From a bacterium (lineage in GTDB: Bacteria > Patescibacteriota > Patescibacteriia > JACQRZ01), in contig JAHFJA010000003.1 of NCBI GenBank assembly GCA_023246095.1, positions 10,782-74,781 on the forward strand: 64,000 bases of DNA. Direction: 5' to 3'. This document shows positions 25,422 through 34,659 of the stretch, piece after piece (position 1 is the first letter of the stretch; every line of letters begins with the position of its first letter). The position numbers and the translations under genes were made by a program. Below the pieces are notes generated by a model. That model was not told the origin of the DNA. It worked only from the letters and a program-made list of their open reading frames with translations, and did no database searches.

Positions 25422-28400
25422 TTATTTTTTGGGTGACCTCCGGCGTATATACATACTGCTTGCGAGGAATACTATACTAAAGAGTGAGACAACGCCAATT
25501 TGAATTAAGGGAATCGGTTTGTCTGATGCAGTGAGTGTCAATGTAGAGTTGTCATTTTTTTGGGGAGTGGATGGGGTCTGGGGGTTGGCGATGTTTGTTG
25601 TTGTGAGGATGAGATCATCTTTCGTGCGGGGGAGGATTCGATAGCCTGTGGATGTTTGACTGACAATGCCCGTTGCTTGTAGAGTACTCGCTTTGTCGAT
25701 TTTCATTCTGGTGATACCAGTTGAGGTTTTGACATACACTCGCGCTTCATCTGTTCCATCATCGATGTAAATACTGGGCCATTGGGTCTTTACCACCTCT
25801 CCTTTGATTGTTACCAGACTGCCTTCGTACTCTTCACCGACATCAGTGATTGAAATGGGGTGAGCGATGGGAGGCGGGCCATGACTTATAAATCGGATTG
25901 TATTATCCTTACCAACCTTGATTCTCGCTTCATCACTGATTTGTGATCGGACACCAGTAAGCTGTACAGTATCACCGATGAGTAACTTTGGCATCTGGTT
26001 TTTTGAAACATATATTTGCATACCCGAGCCGGCCAAGTAGAAAATGTTTGCACCGAGCGAACCTGGGGTGGACGAGACTACCCCTTTTACACTTACCGAC
26101 GTGTCCAAAGGAAGGTCGCGCGCCTGAGCGAGAGTAGTTTGGATTATATCTGGCGTCGATTTTTTGCTGGTTGCCTTTGATGCGGTCGTTTTTGAGGAAG
26201 CGGTGACTGTATTCGATTTGGAAAGGGTGCTTTGTGGTCCTGAAAGTTCGATGTCCGACATTGGGGATGCATTACTTGAATTTTGCTTGCCAGAAGTAAC
26301 GCTGGTTGACCAAACAAAATCTCCTTCTTTTGTGCGCATGAGACTTTGGGCTTCGGGAGCGTCTTCATACGATACAACATCCATGAAATCACCTTGGCTG
26401 TTATACAGAGTGACAGTGTCAGCGGCATTGCGTAATTGAATTTTATTGGCCGTAGGAGTTAAAACTAACAATGCTCCGGGGTCGATGCGGGATCCGGCAG
26501 GAAAGGTATATGATTTTTTCCCAAGCTGATAGGTGACACGCCAGCCAGACACATCGATGAAAACATTGGAAATATTTGTCAGCTCGATGAATTCATTGGT
26601 GTCCTTTCCTTTGGGGTTTGGCGCGATTTCATTGATAACGACTGGTGAAATACCCGCTATGCTTTGGGGGATTTCTTCAGGGGGTAGCTTGCTCATGGGT
26701 TGTGGTGAAACTGTTTGAGAAGCTGCTTCGATAACGATCGTCTTAGTCGCTTTCTTTTCATTTGTCGGATCTTTGACGGTGAGGCTTACTTTGTATCGAC
26801 CTGCCGTCGAATAATGATGACTGAGTTGCACGCTATCTCCTTGTTGTCCGTCGCCAAAATCCCAATGATAGGTCAGCGGATCTTGTTCAGCGTCTGTCGT
26901 ATCTGACGCATCGAACATTAACTCTTCTAAAATGGCACCACTGTTGGGCATTTCCATATCAGGATCAGGTGGTTCATTGGCAAGTGTTTTGATGTTTGCC
27001 ACGCCGGGGGTGGGAGTAGTAGTCCAGCCGTTTTCTTGATCGCTGAAAAAAGCATATGAATGTCCTTGGATTGTTTTTTCTTTATACGCGAGTGTTGCAT
27101 TCGGTTTTTCACCGTTGGGTTGATAGAGCGTTACTGAATCGCCTCCTGTGTTTTTAAGTGCAAGACCAGTTACAGGGCGTTCAAAAATAAAATAGGATTT
27201 TGCTTTGATTGTTGTATCTTTAAGTTTCTTGTTATCGACGATGTATTTGCGACCCGCTGCGTTTACGATTTCCCAACCGAGAAGGTCGATATCTTTATCT
27301 CCTTTATTGTAGAGTTCAATAAATTCTGTTTTGGAATCAACGCCGATCGGGTCAGGGAGAAGCTCTGAAATGATTATATCTTTAATAAATGGCGCGGTAG
27401 CATCATCTGCTGGGATTGCGGGGTCGATAATGACATTTGAACTTCCTTTTGTCGGTTTGGTAGTGACTTGAAAATCAAATGCATTGTTGTAACTATTGTG
27501 GCCATCTTTGAGACGTGCAGTTGAAGATGGGTCAGCGGCTTTTGGTGCATTATTGAGGGTGTTGCCGTCATCCCAGTTACCAAAAGACACGTCGTCAACG
27601 GTGATGCCGTTGGGATCTTTGAGAATAATGAGATCACCCGCGTTATTCAGTTTCCCTTTCGGATTTTCAACAATAAAAAAGCGATTGTTTGCGCTGGATC
27701 CAATTTTCCCCGAAAGATTTGTTTTTGTGTTTGATCCATCTTCTATCGACCATCCCGTAAGGTCGATATCTTTTATTTGAGGATTATACAATTCTATCCA
27801 TTCGACATCGTCGTCGGTAGGGTCTGAGACAAATTCGTTTATGTACATATCCCCTCGCGCGTAATAGGTCGCTTGTGGTTGTGCGGGTACAGCGGGAGGT
27901 GTCGTTGGGGGTACGACGACAGGAGGAGGGTCTGCTGGGGGTGGATCAACGACTATGGGTGGCGATATGGGAGCACTTGCCGCATTGATCGTGCCGATGG
28001 TATTGCCGCTCGCATGTTCTTTCCAGTTGGTGGCAGTATAATCTGTTTTTGTCGCGTCGACGCGTTCCAATGAATGAGTCGGAGCCGCGATGTATGCAAA
28101 CTGTTCGATGAATGCCCCTGTGTTATCTTTCAATGCGATTGATTCTCCTGCTTCCGTGAGCGTTGTCCACGCGCTGTCGATAATGGTACCTGTGAATGAT
28201 GGATAATCAGCAGCAGTGTTTGCAGCGACATCGGCGATGATCGCATATTCACCAGGCTCAATAGTCATGTCTCCTTGGAAAGCGGAGAGTCCATGATTGG
28301 TGTCAGCTTCAAAAAATTTCCACCCGGTCATATCAACGGGTGCAGTACCTTTATTATATATTTCAAACCATTCGTGATCGGAATTTTCCGATGCACCGAT

Positions 28401-28502
28401 TTCGTTAATGACTATATCGGTTGTCGCTGCTCGGACAGGAGTAATAGTGATAGGTGAACTTATAAAAACAATGAGAAGTGCGAACGTAAAAGTTCGAGAC
28501 AT
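25422..28502 (-). CDS. Giant secreted, C-terminally membrane-anchored surface protein with 4 lamin-tail domains (LTD) and a PKD domain
   Basis: Signal peptide; four LTD signatures (INEI...EWFEIYNKG; EWIELYNPQ; EFIELYNKGD; EFIELTNIS); PKD motif WDFGDG...YSTAGRYKVSLTVKD; Pro-rich linker; C-terminal TM plus RRRSPKK. Confidence 0.7.
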   Translation of the reverse strand: MSRTFTFALLIVFISSPITITPVRAATTDIVINEIGASENSDHEWFEIYNKGTAPVDMTGWKFFEADTNHGLSAFQGDMTIEPGEYAIIADVAANTAADYPSFTGTIIDSAWTTLTEAGESIALKDNTGAFIEQFAYIAAPTHSLERVDATKTDYTATNWKEHASGNTIGTINAASAPISPPIVVDPPPADPPPVVVPPTTPPAVPAQPQATYYARGDMYINEFVSDPTDDDVEWIELYNPQIKDIDLTGWSIEDGSNTKTNLSGKIGSSANNRFFIVENPKGKLNNAGDLIILKDPNGITVDDVSFGNWDDGNTLNNAPKAADPSSTARLKDGHNSYNNAFDFQVTTKPTKGSSNVIIDPAIPADDATAPFIKDIIISELLPDPIGVDSKTEFIELYNKGDKDIDLLGWEIVNAAGRKYIVDNKKLKDTTIKAKSYFIFERPVTGLALKNTGGDSVTLYQPNGEKPNATLAYKEKTIQGHSYAFFSDQENGWTTTPTPGVANIKTLANEPPDPDMEMPNSGAILEELMFDASDTTDAEQDPLTYHWDFGDGQQGDSVQLSHHYSTAGRYKVSLTVKDPTNEKKATKTIVIEAASQTVSPQPMSKLPPEEIPQSIAGISPVVINEIAPNPKGKDTNEFIELTNISNVFIDVSGWRVTYQLGKKSYTFPAGSRIDPGALLVLTPTANKIQLRNAADTVTLYNSQGDFMDVVSYEDAPEAQSLMRTKEGDFVWSTSVTSGKQNSSNASPMSDIELSGPQSTLSKSNTVTASSKTTASKATSKKSTPDIIQTTLAQARDLPLDTSVSVKGVVSSTPGSLGANIFYLAGSGMQIYVSKNQMPKLLIGDTVQLTGVRSQISDEARIKVGKDNTIRFISHGPPPIAHPISITDVGEEYEGSLVTIKGEVVKTQWPSIYIDDGTDEARVYVKTSTGITRMKIDKASTLQATGIVSQTSTGYRILPRTKDDLILTTTNIANPQTPSTPQKNDNSTLTLTASDKPIPLIQIGVVSLFSIVFLASSMYIRRRSPKK

Positions 28503-28649
28503 AGTATAAAAAGAAAAATGAGCAAGGTAGTATTAGTATACCAAAACCGTATATTATAACGCTAATTGTCCATATTTTTGTTGACAGTATTCAAACTGTG
28601 TGCTACGGTAGTTGCGTTAGTATTATAGTTAAAATTAGGAGACGTATTA

Positions 28650-29054
28650 ATGCCGATAGTATTGAGAGATACAGATGAGTACAAAGATGGGAATACACAA
28701 AAGGTGGTTGAGAAGATTATCGTGAGACACGACATTAAAGATTTCAGCGGAGCTATTAACGTGCTCGAACCTCTCACAAGAAAATATCCAGACAATGATC
28801 TCATGAGTTATGCTTTGGCGGATCTGTATGCAAAAGAGGAACGCTATGAGGATGCGATGAAGATATTTTTTTCTTTAGCTATGAAACAGTGGGGACCTCA
28901 TAGCGATACCTTGAGAATAAAGTATCTTTTAGACGCTGCAAAGTGCTATGAAAAGTATATAGAAAATCAGGACAAGTCTGTAACACAAACAGAACTAAAG
29001 ATTGGAGAAGTACTGTTCTTTATGACGGATTATAAAAAAGACAATATTCAATAG
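28650..29054 (+). CDS. Hypothetical TPR-like helical protein (134 aa)
   Basis: SD AGGAGA; helical repeats (ALADLYAKEERYEDAMKIFF). Confidence 0.4.
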   Translation: MPIVLRDTDEYKDGNTQKVVEKIIVRHDIKDFSGAINVLEPLTRKYPDNDLMSYALADLYAKEERYEDAMKIFFSLAMKQWGPHSDTLRIKYLLDAAKCYEKYIENQDKSVTQTELKIGEVLFFMTDYKKDNIQ

Positions 29055-29126
29055 AAATAATAAGGTACCTGAATAAAACAGGTACTTTTATATTTCTGCT
29101 CATAACCTGATATACTATCTCTATCT

Positions 29127-30485
29127 ATGGCTATGAAACTTCAATTTTGCGGCGGTGCACAGACAGTGACAGGCGCGTGCTATTATTTGGAAATAAATAC
29201 CCTCCATGTTCTTGTTGATTGTGGATTGTTTCAAGGTGAACATTTTGCGGAAAGCCGTAATGAAGAAAAATTTTTATTCGATCCTCGTGAGATTGATTAT
29301 GTTTTTCTGACCCACGCTCATGCTGATCATATCGGCCGTCTTCCAAAATTGGTAGACGATGGATTCAAAGGGATTATTATTGCGACTGCCCCGACGCGTG
29401 ATCTTGTTGAAGTTATGCTTGCCGATTCTGCAAAGGTGATGATGTATGAAGCCCAGGATCATGGGACCAAGCCGCTCTATACACAAGAAGACGTTGCGGC
29501 TACCATGCGCTTGTTTCGTACAGAAAATTATAATCAACTCATCGAACTTCCCGAAGCTACCAGTGTATATTTGCGCGATTCGGCCCATATTCTTGGATCT
29601 TGTATGGTGGAAATAAATGCAGATGACACGCGCATTGTGTTTACGGGTGATTTGGGTAATCCGCCTACACCACTTCTTGCCAATCCTTATTCACTTGAAC
29701 ACACTGATTATCTCGTGATGGAATCAGTCTATGGCGATCGTGTTCATGAAGGCGGCGAAGATCGAAAACTTAAACTTGAGCGACTTATTGAAGATACTTA
29801 TACAAAGAAAGGAGTGTTGATCATTCCCGCATTTGCATTGGAGCGTACTCAAGAACTCCTCGCTGAACTCAATGAACTCGTTGAGCATAATCGTGTGCCG
29901 GCCATGCCTATCTTTATTGATAGTCCCCTCGCGTATCATACGACCGAAGTATATAAAAAACATATTTCATTTTTTAATCCTGACGCACAAGCGATTATTC
30001 GATCAGGCGATGATCTTTTTAATGTGCCGGGTTTGAAATTTACGGTTACCCGCGAAGAGTCAAAAATGATCAACGATGTTCCTTCTCCGAAAATAATCAT
30101 TACCGGCAATCCTCATGGATATGGAAGTCGCATCTCACATCATTTTTTGCGATATTTGTCTGATCCGCGCAATACCGTTTTGTTTGTGGGATACCAACAG
30201 CCTGGCAGTATCGGACGCAAACTCGTTGAAGGGGAAAAAGAAGTAAGGGTGATGGACCATCCTATTACCGTGAATGCAAGTATTAGCCATATTACTGGAT
30301 ATTCTTCCCATGCCGACCAGAATCAACTGCGTGCGTTTTTGGAAAAATTACAAAAACCGATAAAGACCATTTTTGTTGCCATGGGAGAACCTCCCGCATC
30401 CAATGCTGTTGCACAAATTATTCGCGATGAAATGGGGGTCAACGCAGTGGTGCCACAATACGGTGCTGTGGTAGAATTAGACTAA
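29127..30485 (+). CDS. MBL-fold beta-CASP ribonuclease (RNase J/CPSF-like RNA-metabolising metallo-beta-lactamase)
   Basis: HxHxDH motif (THAHADHIG), beta-CASP region, C-terminal GYSSHAD. Confidence 0.7.
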   Translation: MAMKLQFCGGAQTVTGACYYLEINTLHVLVDCGLFQGEHFAESRNEEKFLFDPREIDYVFLTHAHADHIGRLPKLVDDGFKGIIIATAPTRDLVEVMLADSAKVMMYEAQDHGTKPLYTQEDVAATMRLFRTENYNQLIELPEATSVYLRDSAHILGSCMVEINADDTRIVFTGDLGNPPTPLLANPYSLEHTDYLVMESVYGDRVHEGGEDRKLKLERLIEDTYTKKGVLIIPAFALERTQELLAELNELVEHNRVPAMPIFIDSPLAYHTTEVYKKHISFFNPDAQAIIRSGDDLFNVPGLKFTVTREESKMINDVPSPKIIITGNPHGYGSRISHHFLRYLSDPRNTVLFVGYQQPGSIGRKLVEGEKEVRVMDHPITVNASISHITGYSSHADQNQLRAFLEKLQKPIKTIFVAMGEPPASNAVAQIIRDEMGVNAVVPQYGAVVELD

Positions 30486-30497
30486 TAAGAAAAATAC

Positions 30498-31157
30498 ATG
30501 CCTATACAAAAACTCATGCAGATGGTTGGTGCCGCCCCAAAGATTCGCGATACATATTTAAAATACAAAATTTGCGTGTCAGGATCGGCGGCGACAAACG
30601 GATGCGGAACTGAATCGCTTGAAACGGCGAAAGAGATTGGCAAACAAATCGTCATGCACAATGGTGTACTGGTGACTGGTGCAACGACCGGCATTCCTTA
30701 CTGGGCAGCGATTGGGGCTAAGGAGGCAGGCGGTATTAGTATTGGTTTTTCACCGGCTGCAACGGAGCTTGCTCACGTGAAGCAATACCGTCTTCCGGTT
30801 GACTACTTTGATCTTATCGTCTACACCGGATTTGAATATTCGGGACGCAACTTGATTCTGACCCGCAGTGCTGATGCGGTTATTATCGTATGCGGGCGCA
30901 TCGGCACCCTCAATGAATTCACTATCGCCTTTGAAGACCAAAAACCGATTGGTGTTTTGATAGGACAGGGGGGTACTGCTGATATGATAAAAACCATTGT
31001 TGAAAATAGTCACCGAGGGCAAGGGAAGATTGTGTATGATACTGACCCCAAAGCACTGGTGGAGCGCCTTATCGAGTTGATTGATCGAGAGAAAGTTGTA
31101 CCTATTCCAAAAGAAGCATACGCCACTGTAAAAACGGCAAAACGTAAACGAGGGTAA
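30498..31157 (+). CDS. TIGR00725/LOG(SLOG)-family Rossmann-fold protein
   Basis: ICVSGSA...GVLVTGATTGIPYWAA...ADAVIIVCGRIGTLNEF pattern of LOG-like nucleotide-binding proteins. Confidence 0.55.
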   Translation: MPIQKLMQMVGAAPKIRDTYLKYKICVSGSAATNGCGTESLETAKEIGKQIVMHNGVLVTGATTGIPYWAAIGAKEAGGISIGFSPAATELAHVKQYRLPVDYFDLIVYTGFEYSGRNLILTRSADAVIIVCGRIGTLNEFTIAFEDQKPIGVLIGQGGTADMIKTIVENSHRGQGKIVYDTDPKALVERLIELIDREKVVPIPKEAYATVKTAKRKRG

Positions 31158-31179
31158 GTGTTGTGTCTATAAGGATATT

Positions 31180-31629
31180 ATGAAAAAAGACATTATTGCC
31201 ATCGCCTCTGATCATGGAGGATTTCTCAGAAAGGAAATGTTGAAACGATACGTTGAATCGTTGGGTTTTATTGTTCATGATCTTGGCGCAACTATATATA
31301 ATGGAAAAGATGATTATCCTCAGTACGCATTTGCAGTGGCGGAAGAAGTGTCATCGAAACGTAATGTGCGAGGCATTTTGATATGTGGAAGCGGACAGGG
31401 TGTGTGTATTGCCGCCAATCGCGTAAAAGGCGTACGCGCTGCACTCGCTTGGAACATCGCTTCGGCGCAGGCAGGTCGTAATGATGATGATGTGAATATA
31501 CTGTGTCTCGGTGAACGATTGATTTCAGCAAAACAATCAAAAGATATCGTGAAAGTATGGTTGGAAACGCCGTTTTCAAAAGAGGCGAGATTTAAACGAA
31601 GGATAAAGAAAATTGATGAGAGGAGGTAG
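31180..31629 (+). CDS. rpiB: Ribose-5-phosphate isomerase B
   Basis: IAIASDHGGF...ILICGSGQGVCIAANRVKGVRAAL...LCLGERLI (RpiB/LacAB). Confidence 0.85.
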   Translation: MKKDIIAIASDHGGFLRKEMLKRYVESLGFIVHDLGATIYNGKDDYPQYAFAVAEEVSSKRNVRGILICGSGQGVCIAANRVKGVRAALAWNIASAQAGRNDDDVNILCLGERLISAKQSKDIVKVWLETPFSKEARFKRRIKKIDERR

Positions 31630-31716
31630 AAGACGGACCGAGACAGGTCTGTTTTTTGAAAAGAAAAAGACCCATCGACATCCATGTCTTTGGGTCTGGA
31701 GATTTGATCACCTCCT

Positions 31717-31839
31717 TTAAGCTTTAATTGCAACGAACTGGCCATCCTTGGCCGGTCTGTTTTGTTCGATGTAGATCATTACGTGATCTACAATCTGTTT
31801 TGTTTCTTTTTGTGGCCAATTCATTTTAATTTTTTTCAT
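31717..31839 (-). CDS. Small hypothetical protein, 40 aa (MKKIKMNWPQKETKQIVDHVMIYIEQNRPAKDGQFVAIKA)
   Basis: Strong SD AAAGGAGAG 6 nt upstream; followed on the minus strand by an AGACCCA...TGGGTCT hairpin plus T-run terminator (31650-31700). Confidence 0.4.
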   Translation of the reverse strand: MKKIKMNWPQKETKQIVDHVMIYIEQNRPAKDGQFVAIKA

Positions 31840-31959
31840 TTTTCTCTCCTTTAATGAAAAAATAATTGTAATTTTTTTATTCTATTCTTTCGAACCATCT
31901 GGCGACGGTACCGTACGTGACGATGTATCGCCAAATGGCTTGGAAGAATACATTCTTCT

Positions 31960-32125
31960 CTCGACTATGATGAAGGTAATAAGCGTGGAAGATAGGGAAA
32001 TACATGGATGGATTTTAACCCTTCATTCCACAAGATATGCCAGATAACCCCCGATACGGCGGTCGTAACCAACGTGTCAGGAATAGGGCATGGTTTTGTA
32101 CTCACTCCTCCTTCATCATGCTCGA
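31960..32125. ncRNA. Candidate structured RNA, about 166 nt, closed by a 15-17 bp long-range helix (strand and family unknown)
   Basis: CTCGActATGATGAAGG (31960-31976) pairs with CCTTCATCATgCTCGAG (32109-32125); internal hairpins; lies in a 420 bp non-coding gap. Confidence 0.35.
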
Positions 32126-32281
32126 GATAAGTTATTTGTCAATTTGTTTTCTGACCATCATATTGTTCACTTACAAAGGAAGTATATCACGTATTGATAT
32201 GGATGTCAATAGTATTTATGACATAAAAGGCCATAATATTGCTGTTTCCCTATAAATATAGGGTATAATGAAGGTACACAT

Positions 32282-32905
32282 ATGAAATCATTGCCAAAAA
32301 GCATTACAAAACACATCATCCCTGCCCTTTTGACGCACTCAAAAGCAGAGTTTTTGAAGGAAATAGATATTGTGAAAAACGCTCATCCGAAGGCAAAACT
32401 CGTCCAATTGGACGTTGCGGATGGTAAATTTGTCCATAATACGACATGGGGAACACCTGCTCAAGTGAAATCGCTCCATCTAACGGTACCTTTTGAAGCT
32501 CATTTGATGGTTCAAAACCCCGAAAAAGCGTATAAATACTGGGTTCATGCGGGTGCTTCACGAATCGTTTTTCATTGTGAAACAACAAAAGACCCTATTT
32601 TCCTTGCAAAAGCGATAAAAACAGCAGGCGTAAAGCCTATAATGGCGATCGATCCAGAGACAAAAATTGACCTTGAACCATTGATTTTAAAGGAAATCTA
32701 TGGTATACTGGTCATGGGTGTACATCCGGGATTTGGTGGCCAGACGATGGTTGCAGGCACCATGAAAAGGATCCGTACATTACGAAAAAAATACCCCCGA
32801 CTCCGTATTGGTGTTGATGGAGGGGTGAATATAAAAAATGCACAAAAACTTCTCGATGCTGGCGCAACTGAGCTGGTTATGGGAAGTGCATATTTCAAAC
32901 TATGA
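32282..32905 (+). CDS. rpe: Ribulose-phosphate 3-epimerase
   Basis: VQLDVADGKFVHN, HLMV, VMGVHPGFGGQ, VDGGV motifs; TATAAT at 32260-32265 upstream. Confidence 0.8.
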   Translation: MKSLPKSITKHIIPALLTHSKAEFLKEIDIVKNAHPKAKLVQLDVADGKFVHNTTWGTPAQVKSLHLTVPFEAHLMVQNPEKAYKYWVHAGASRIVFHCETTKDPIFLAKAIKTAGVKPIMAIDPETKIDLEPLILKEIYGILVMGVHPGFGGQTMVAGTMKRIRTLRKKYPRLRIGVDGGVNIKNAQKLLDAGATELVMGSAYFKL

Positions 32906-33609
32906 AGAAAATTTCTGTTGTTATTCCTGCATATAATGAAGAGCGCTATATTGGCGCGACTCTTGATGCTCTTTTGCGTCAGGATTTTAACCGTGAAGAT
33001 TTTGAAATTATTGTCGTCGATAACGCGAGTGACGATTTGACTGCTAGTGTTGCCAATGTGCATGGCGCTGATCGTGTGCTTAGCGAGATGCGACGAGGAA
33101 CCAATCGAGCACGACAAACTGGTGTAGAAGCCAGCGAGGGAGAGATTATCGCATTTTTGGACGCTGATTGTTCGCCGGGTCCGCAGTGGCTCTCTCGTAT
33201 TTGGGAATATTTTCAACAAGATCGTACTCGCATGGTCGCGGTGGCAGGGCCGTATGAATATACCGATGATCCTCGTTTACACTTTATGATATTTCAACGC
33301 ATCGCATGGCGTGTCGTGTTTCCGTTGGTAAGCGTTGTTATGGGCCGTATGTTCGGTCGCGGGGGAGTTATGCTTGGGGGCAATTTTGCTACTCCTCGCA
33401 AACACCTTGATTCGCTTCACGGTCTTGATACAACCTATGAATTTTTTGGCGATGATGCCAGTATCGCGCGAAGTTTTGGAAAGATCGGGTATGTAAAACT
33501 TGATTCGAGCCTTACCGTGGAAAGCTCAGCGCGTCGATATCAGAGAGAAGGTTTGATTCACACCAACTGGAACTACATTACGAACTATTTCAAAGTGATG
33601 ATGCGATAG
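32902..33609 (+). CDS. Family 2 glycosyltransferase
   Basis: ISVVIPAYNEE...VVDNASDD...FLDADC; 4 nt ATGA overlap with rpe. Confidence 0.75.
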   Translation: MKKISVVIPAYNEERYIGATLDALLRQDFNREDFEIIVVDNASDDLTASVANVHGADRVLSEMRRGTNRARQTGVEASEGEIIAFLDADCSPGPQWLSRIWEYFQQDRTRMVAVAGPYEYTDDPRLHFMIFQRIAWRVVFPLVSVVMGRMFGRGGVMLGGNFATPRKHLDSLHGLDTTYEFFGDDASIARSFGKIGYVKLDSSLTVESSARRYQREGLIHTNWNYITNYFKVMMR

Positions 33610-33624
33610 TGATTTGATACTAAA

Positions 33625-33716
33625 AACCGTGAATATTGAGCCAAATCTGGCATATATTCACGATTTATTGACAAAATACCGTGAATGTGCTATAGTATAG
33701 CTATATCATTCACGAT
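33625..33716 (+). promoter_or_regulatory. Promoter (TTGACA-17-tgcTATAGT) overlapped by two nested inverted repeats CCGTGAAT(A/G)...(C/T)ATTCACG (operator)
   Basis: IR1 33627-33636/33653-33661; IR2 33679-33687/33708-33715; -35 at 33668-33673, -10 at 33691-33696; central GCTATAgTATAGC palindrome. Confidence 0.6.
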
Positions 33717-33719
33717 TTT

Positions 33720-34610
33720 ATGGCTCTTTCCTTAGCGTTTCAGAAGAAAATCGATACACTAAAAAAAGAATATGACACCCTGCGCATCGGCAAGGGTGAT
33801 CTTTTGCGTTTGCTGGATGAGTCGGAATTGCCCGAAAGCGTGTTTAACTCCAACGCGATTGAAAACTCGACGTTGACGTTGCGCGAAACAGAAAAGATCT
33901 TGCTTGAAATGGAAGTGTCTCGTGATGTATCGGTGCGAGAAGTGTTTGAAGCAAAAAATCTTGCCCGTATTATGGGGTATATTCAAAAGAAAACAGCAGA
34001 AAAAGATGTCGATAAGGAACTCATTTTGTTTTTGCACCAGATGCTTATCGGCGGAATCAACGATGACATTGCAGGGCGGTTTCGCGCGAAAGGAGAATAC
34101 GTGCGCGTGGGGACATACATCGCTCCTGCTCCGGAAAAGATTGACGGTATGATCGATGATTTACTGACAACGTGGCGCACAAGCACTGGATATGTGGTCG
34201 ATCGCATTGCGCAATTTCATCTGGAGTTTGAAACAATCCACCCATTCATAGACGGTAACGGTCGCATGGGGCGCATACTGATGAATTACCAGCTCACGCG
34301 ATTGGGATTTCCCAATATTATTATCCGCGATAAAGAGAAGCGCGAGTATTACGCTATTTTTGCGCCGTATCGCACACGAAAAAACACGGCATATTTGGAA
34401 CGTATCCTCGCACTTGCGTTGATGGAATCATTTCATCGTCGGCTTGCATATCTCAAAGGATTTTCGATCGTTACGTTAGCCGAACATGCAAAAGAAAAGC
34501 GAATGTCTTTGTCTGCACTGCTTAACATGGCAAAACGGCAGACCACGCCGGCATTTCGTGAGCGCGGGGTGTGGAAGATCGGGGTGAAGACGGGAAAGAG
34601 GGGGAAATAA
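33720..34610 (+). CDS. Fic/Doc-family protein (AMPylase-type), class II with N-terminal autoinhibitory [S/T]xxxE[G/N] motif
   Basis: Canonical Fic motif HPFIDGNGRMGR; upstream SNAIEN matches the inhibitory-helix motif; C-terminal about 60 aa basic helical tail. Confidence 0.85.
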   Translation: MALSLAFQKKIDTLKKEYDTLRIGKGDLLRLLDESELPESVFNSNAIENSTLTLRETEKILLEMEVSRDVSVREVFEAKNLARIMGYIQKKTAEKDVDKELILFLHQMLIGGINDDIAGRFRAKGEYVRVGTYIAPAPEKIDGMIDDLLTTWRTSTGYVVDRIAQFHLEFETIHPFIDGNGRMGRILMNYQLTRLGFPNIIIRDKEKREYYAIFAPYRTRKNTAYLERILALALMESFHRRLAYLKGFSIVTLAEHAKEKRMSLSALLNMAKRQTTPAFRERGVWKIGVKTGKRGK

Positions 34611-34617
34611 TAAAAGT

Positions 34618-34655
34618 GAGAAACATTGTTTTTGTTTCTCACTTTTATTATTTAC
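34618..34655. terminator. Bidirectional terminator AAAAGTGAGAAACattgtttttGTTTCTCACTTTT
   Basis: 13 bp perfect stem with A/T flanks between convergent genes. Confidence 0.75.
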
Positions 34656-34659
34656 TTAA

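Noticed and set aside
31705-31720. GATCACCTCCTTT, identical to the 3' end of 16S rRNA
   Set aside because: An isolated 13-mer with no surrounding rRNA-like sequence; on the minus strand it is simply an SD-like AGGAGGTGATC after a small-ORF stop.
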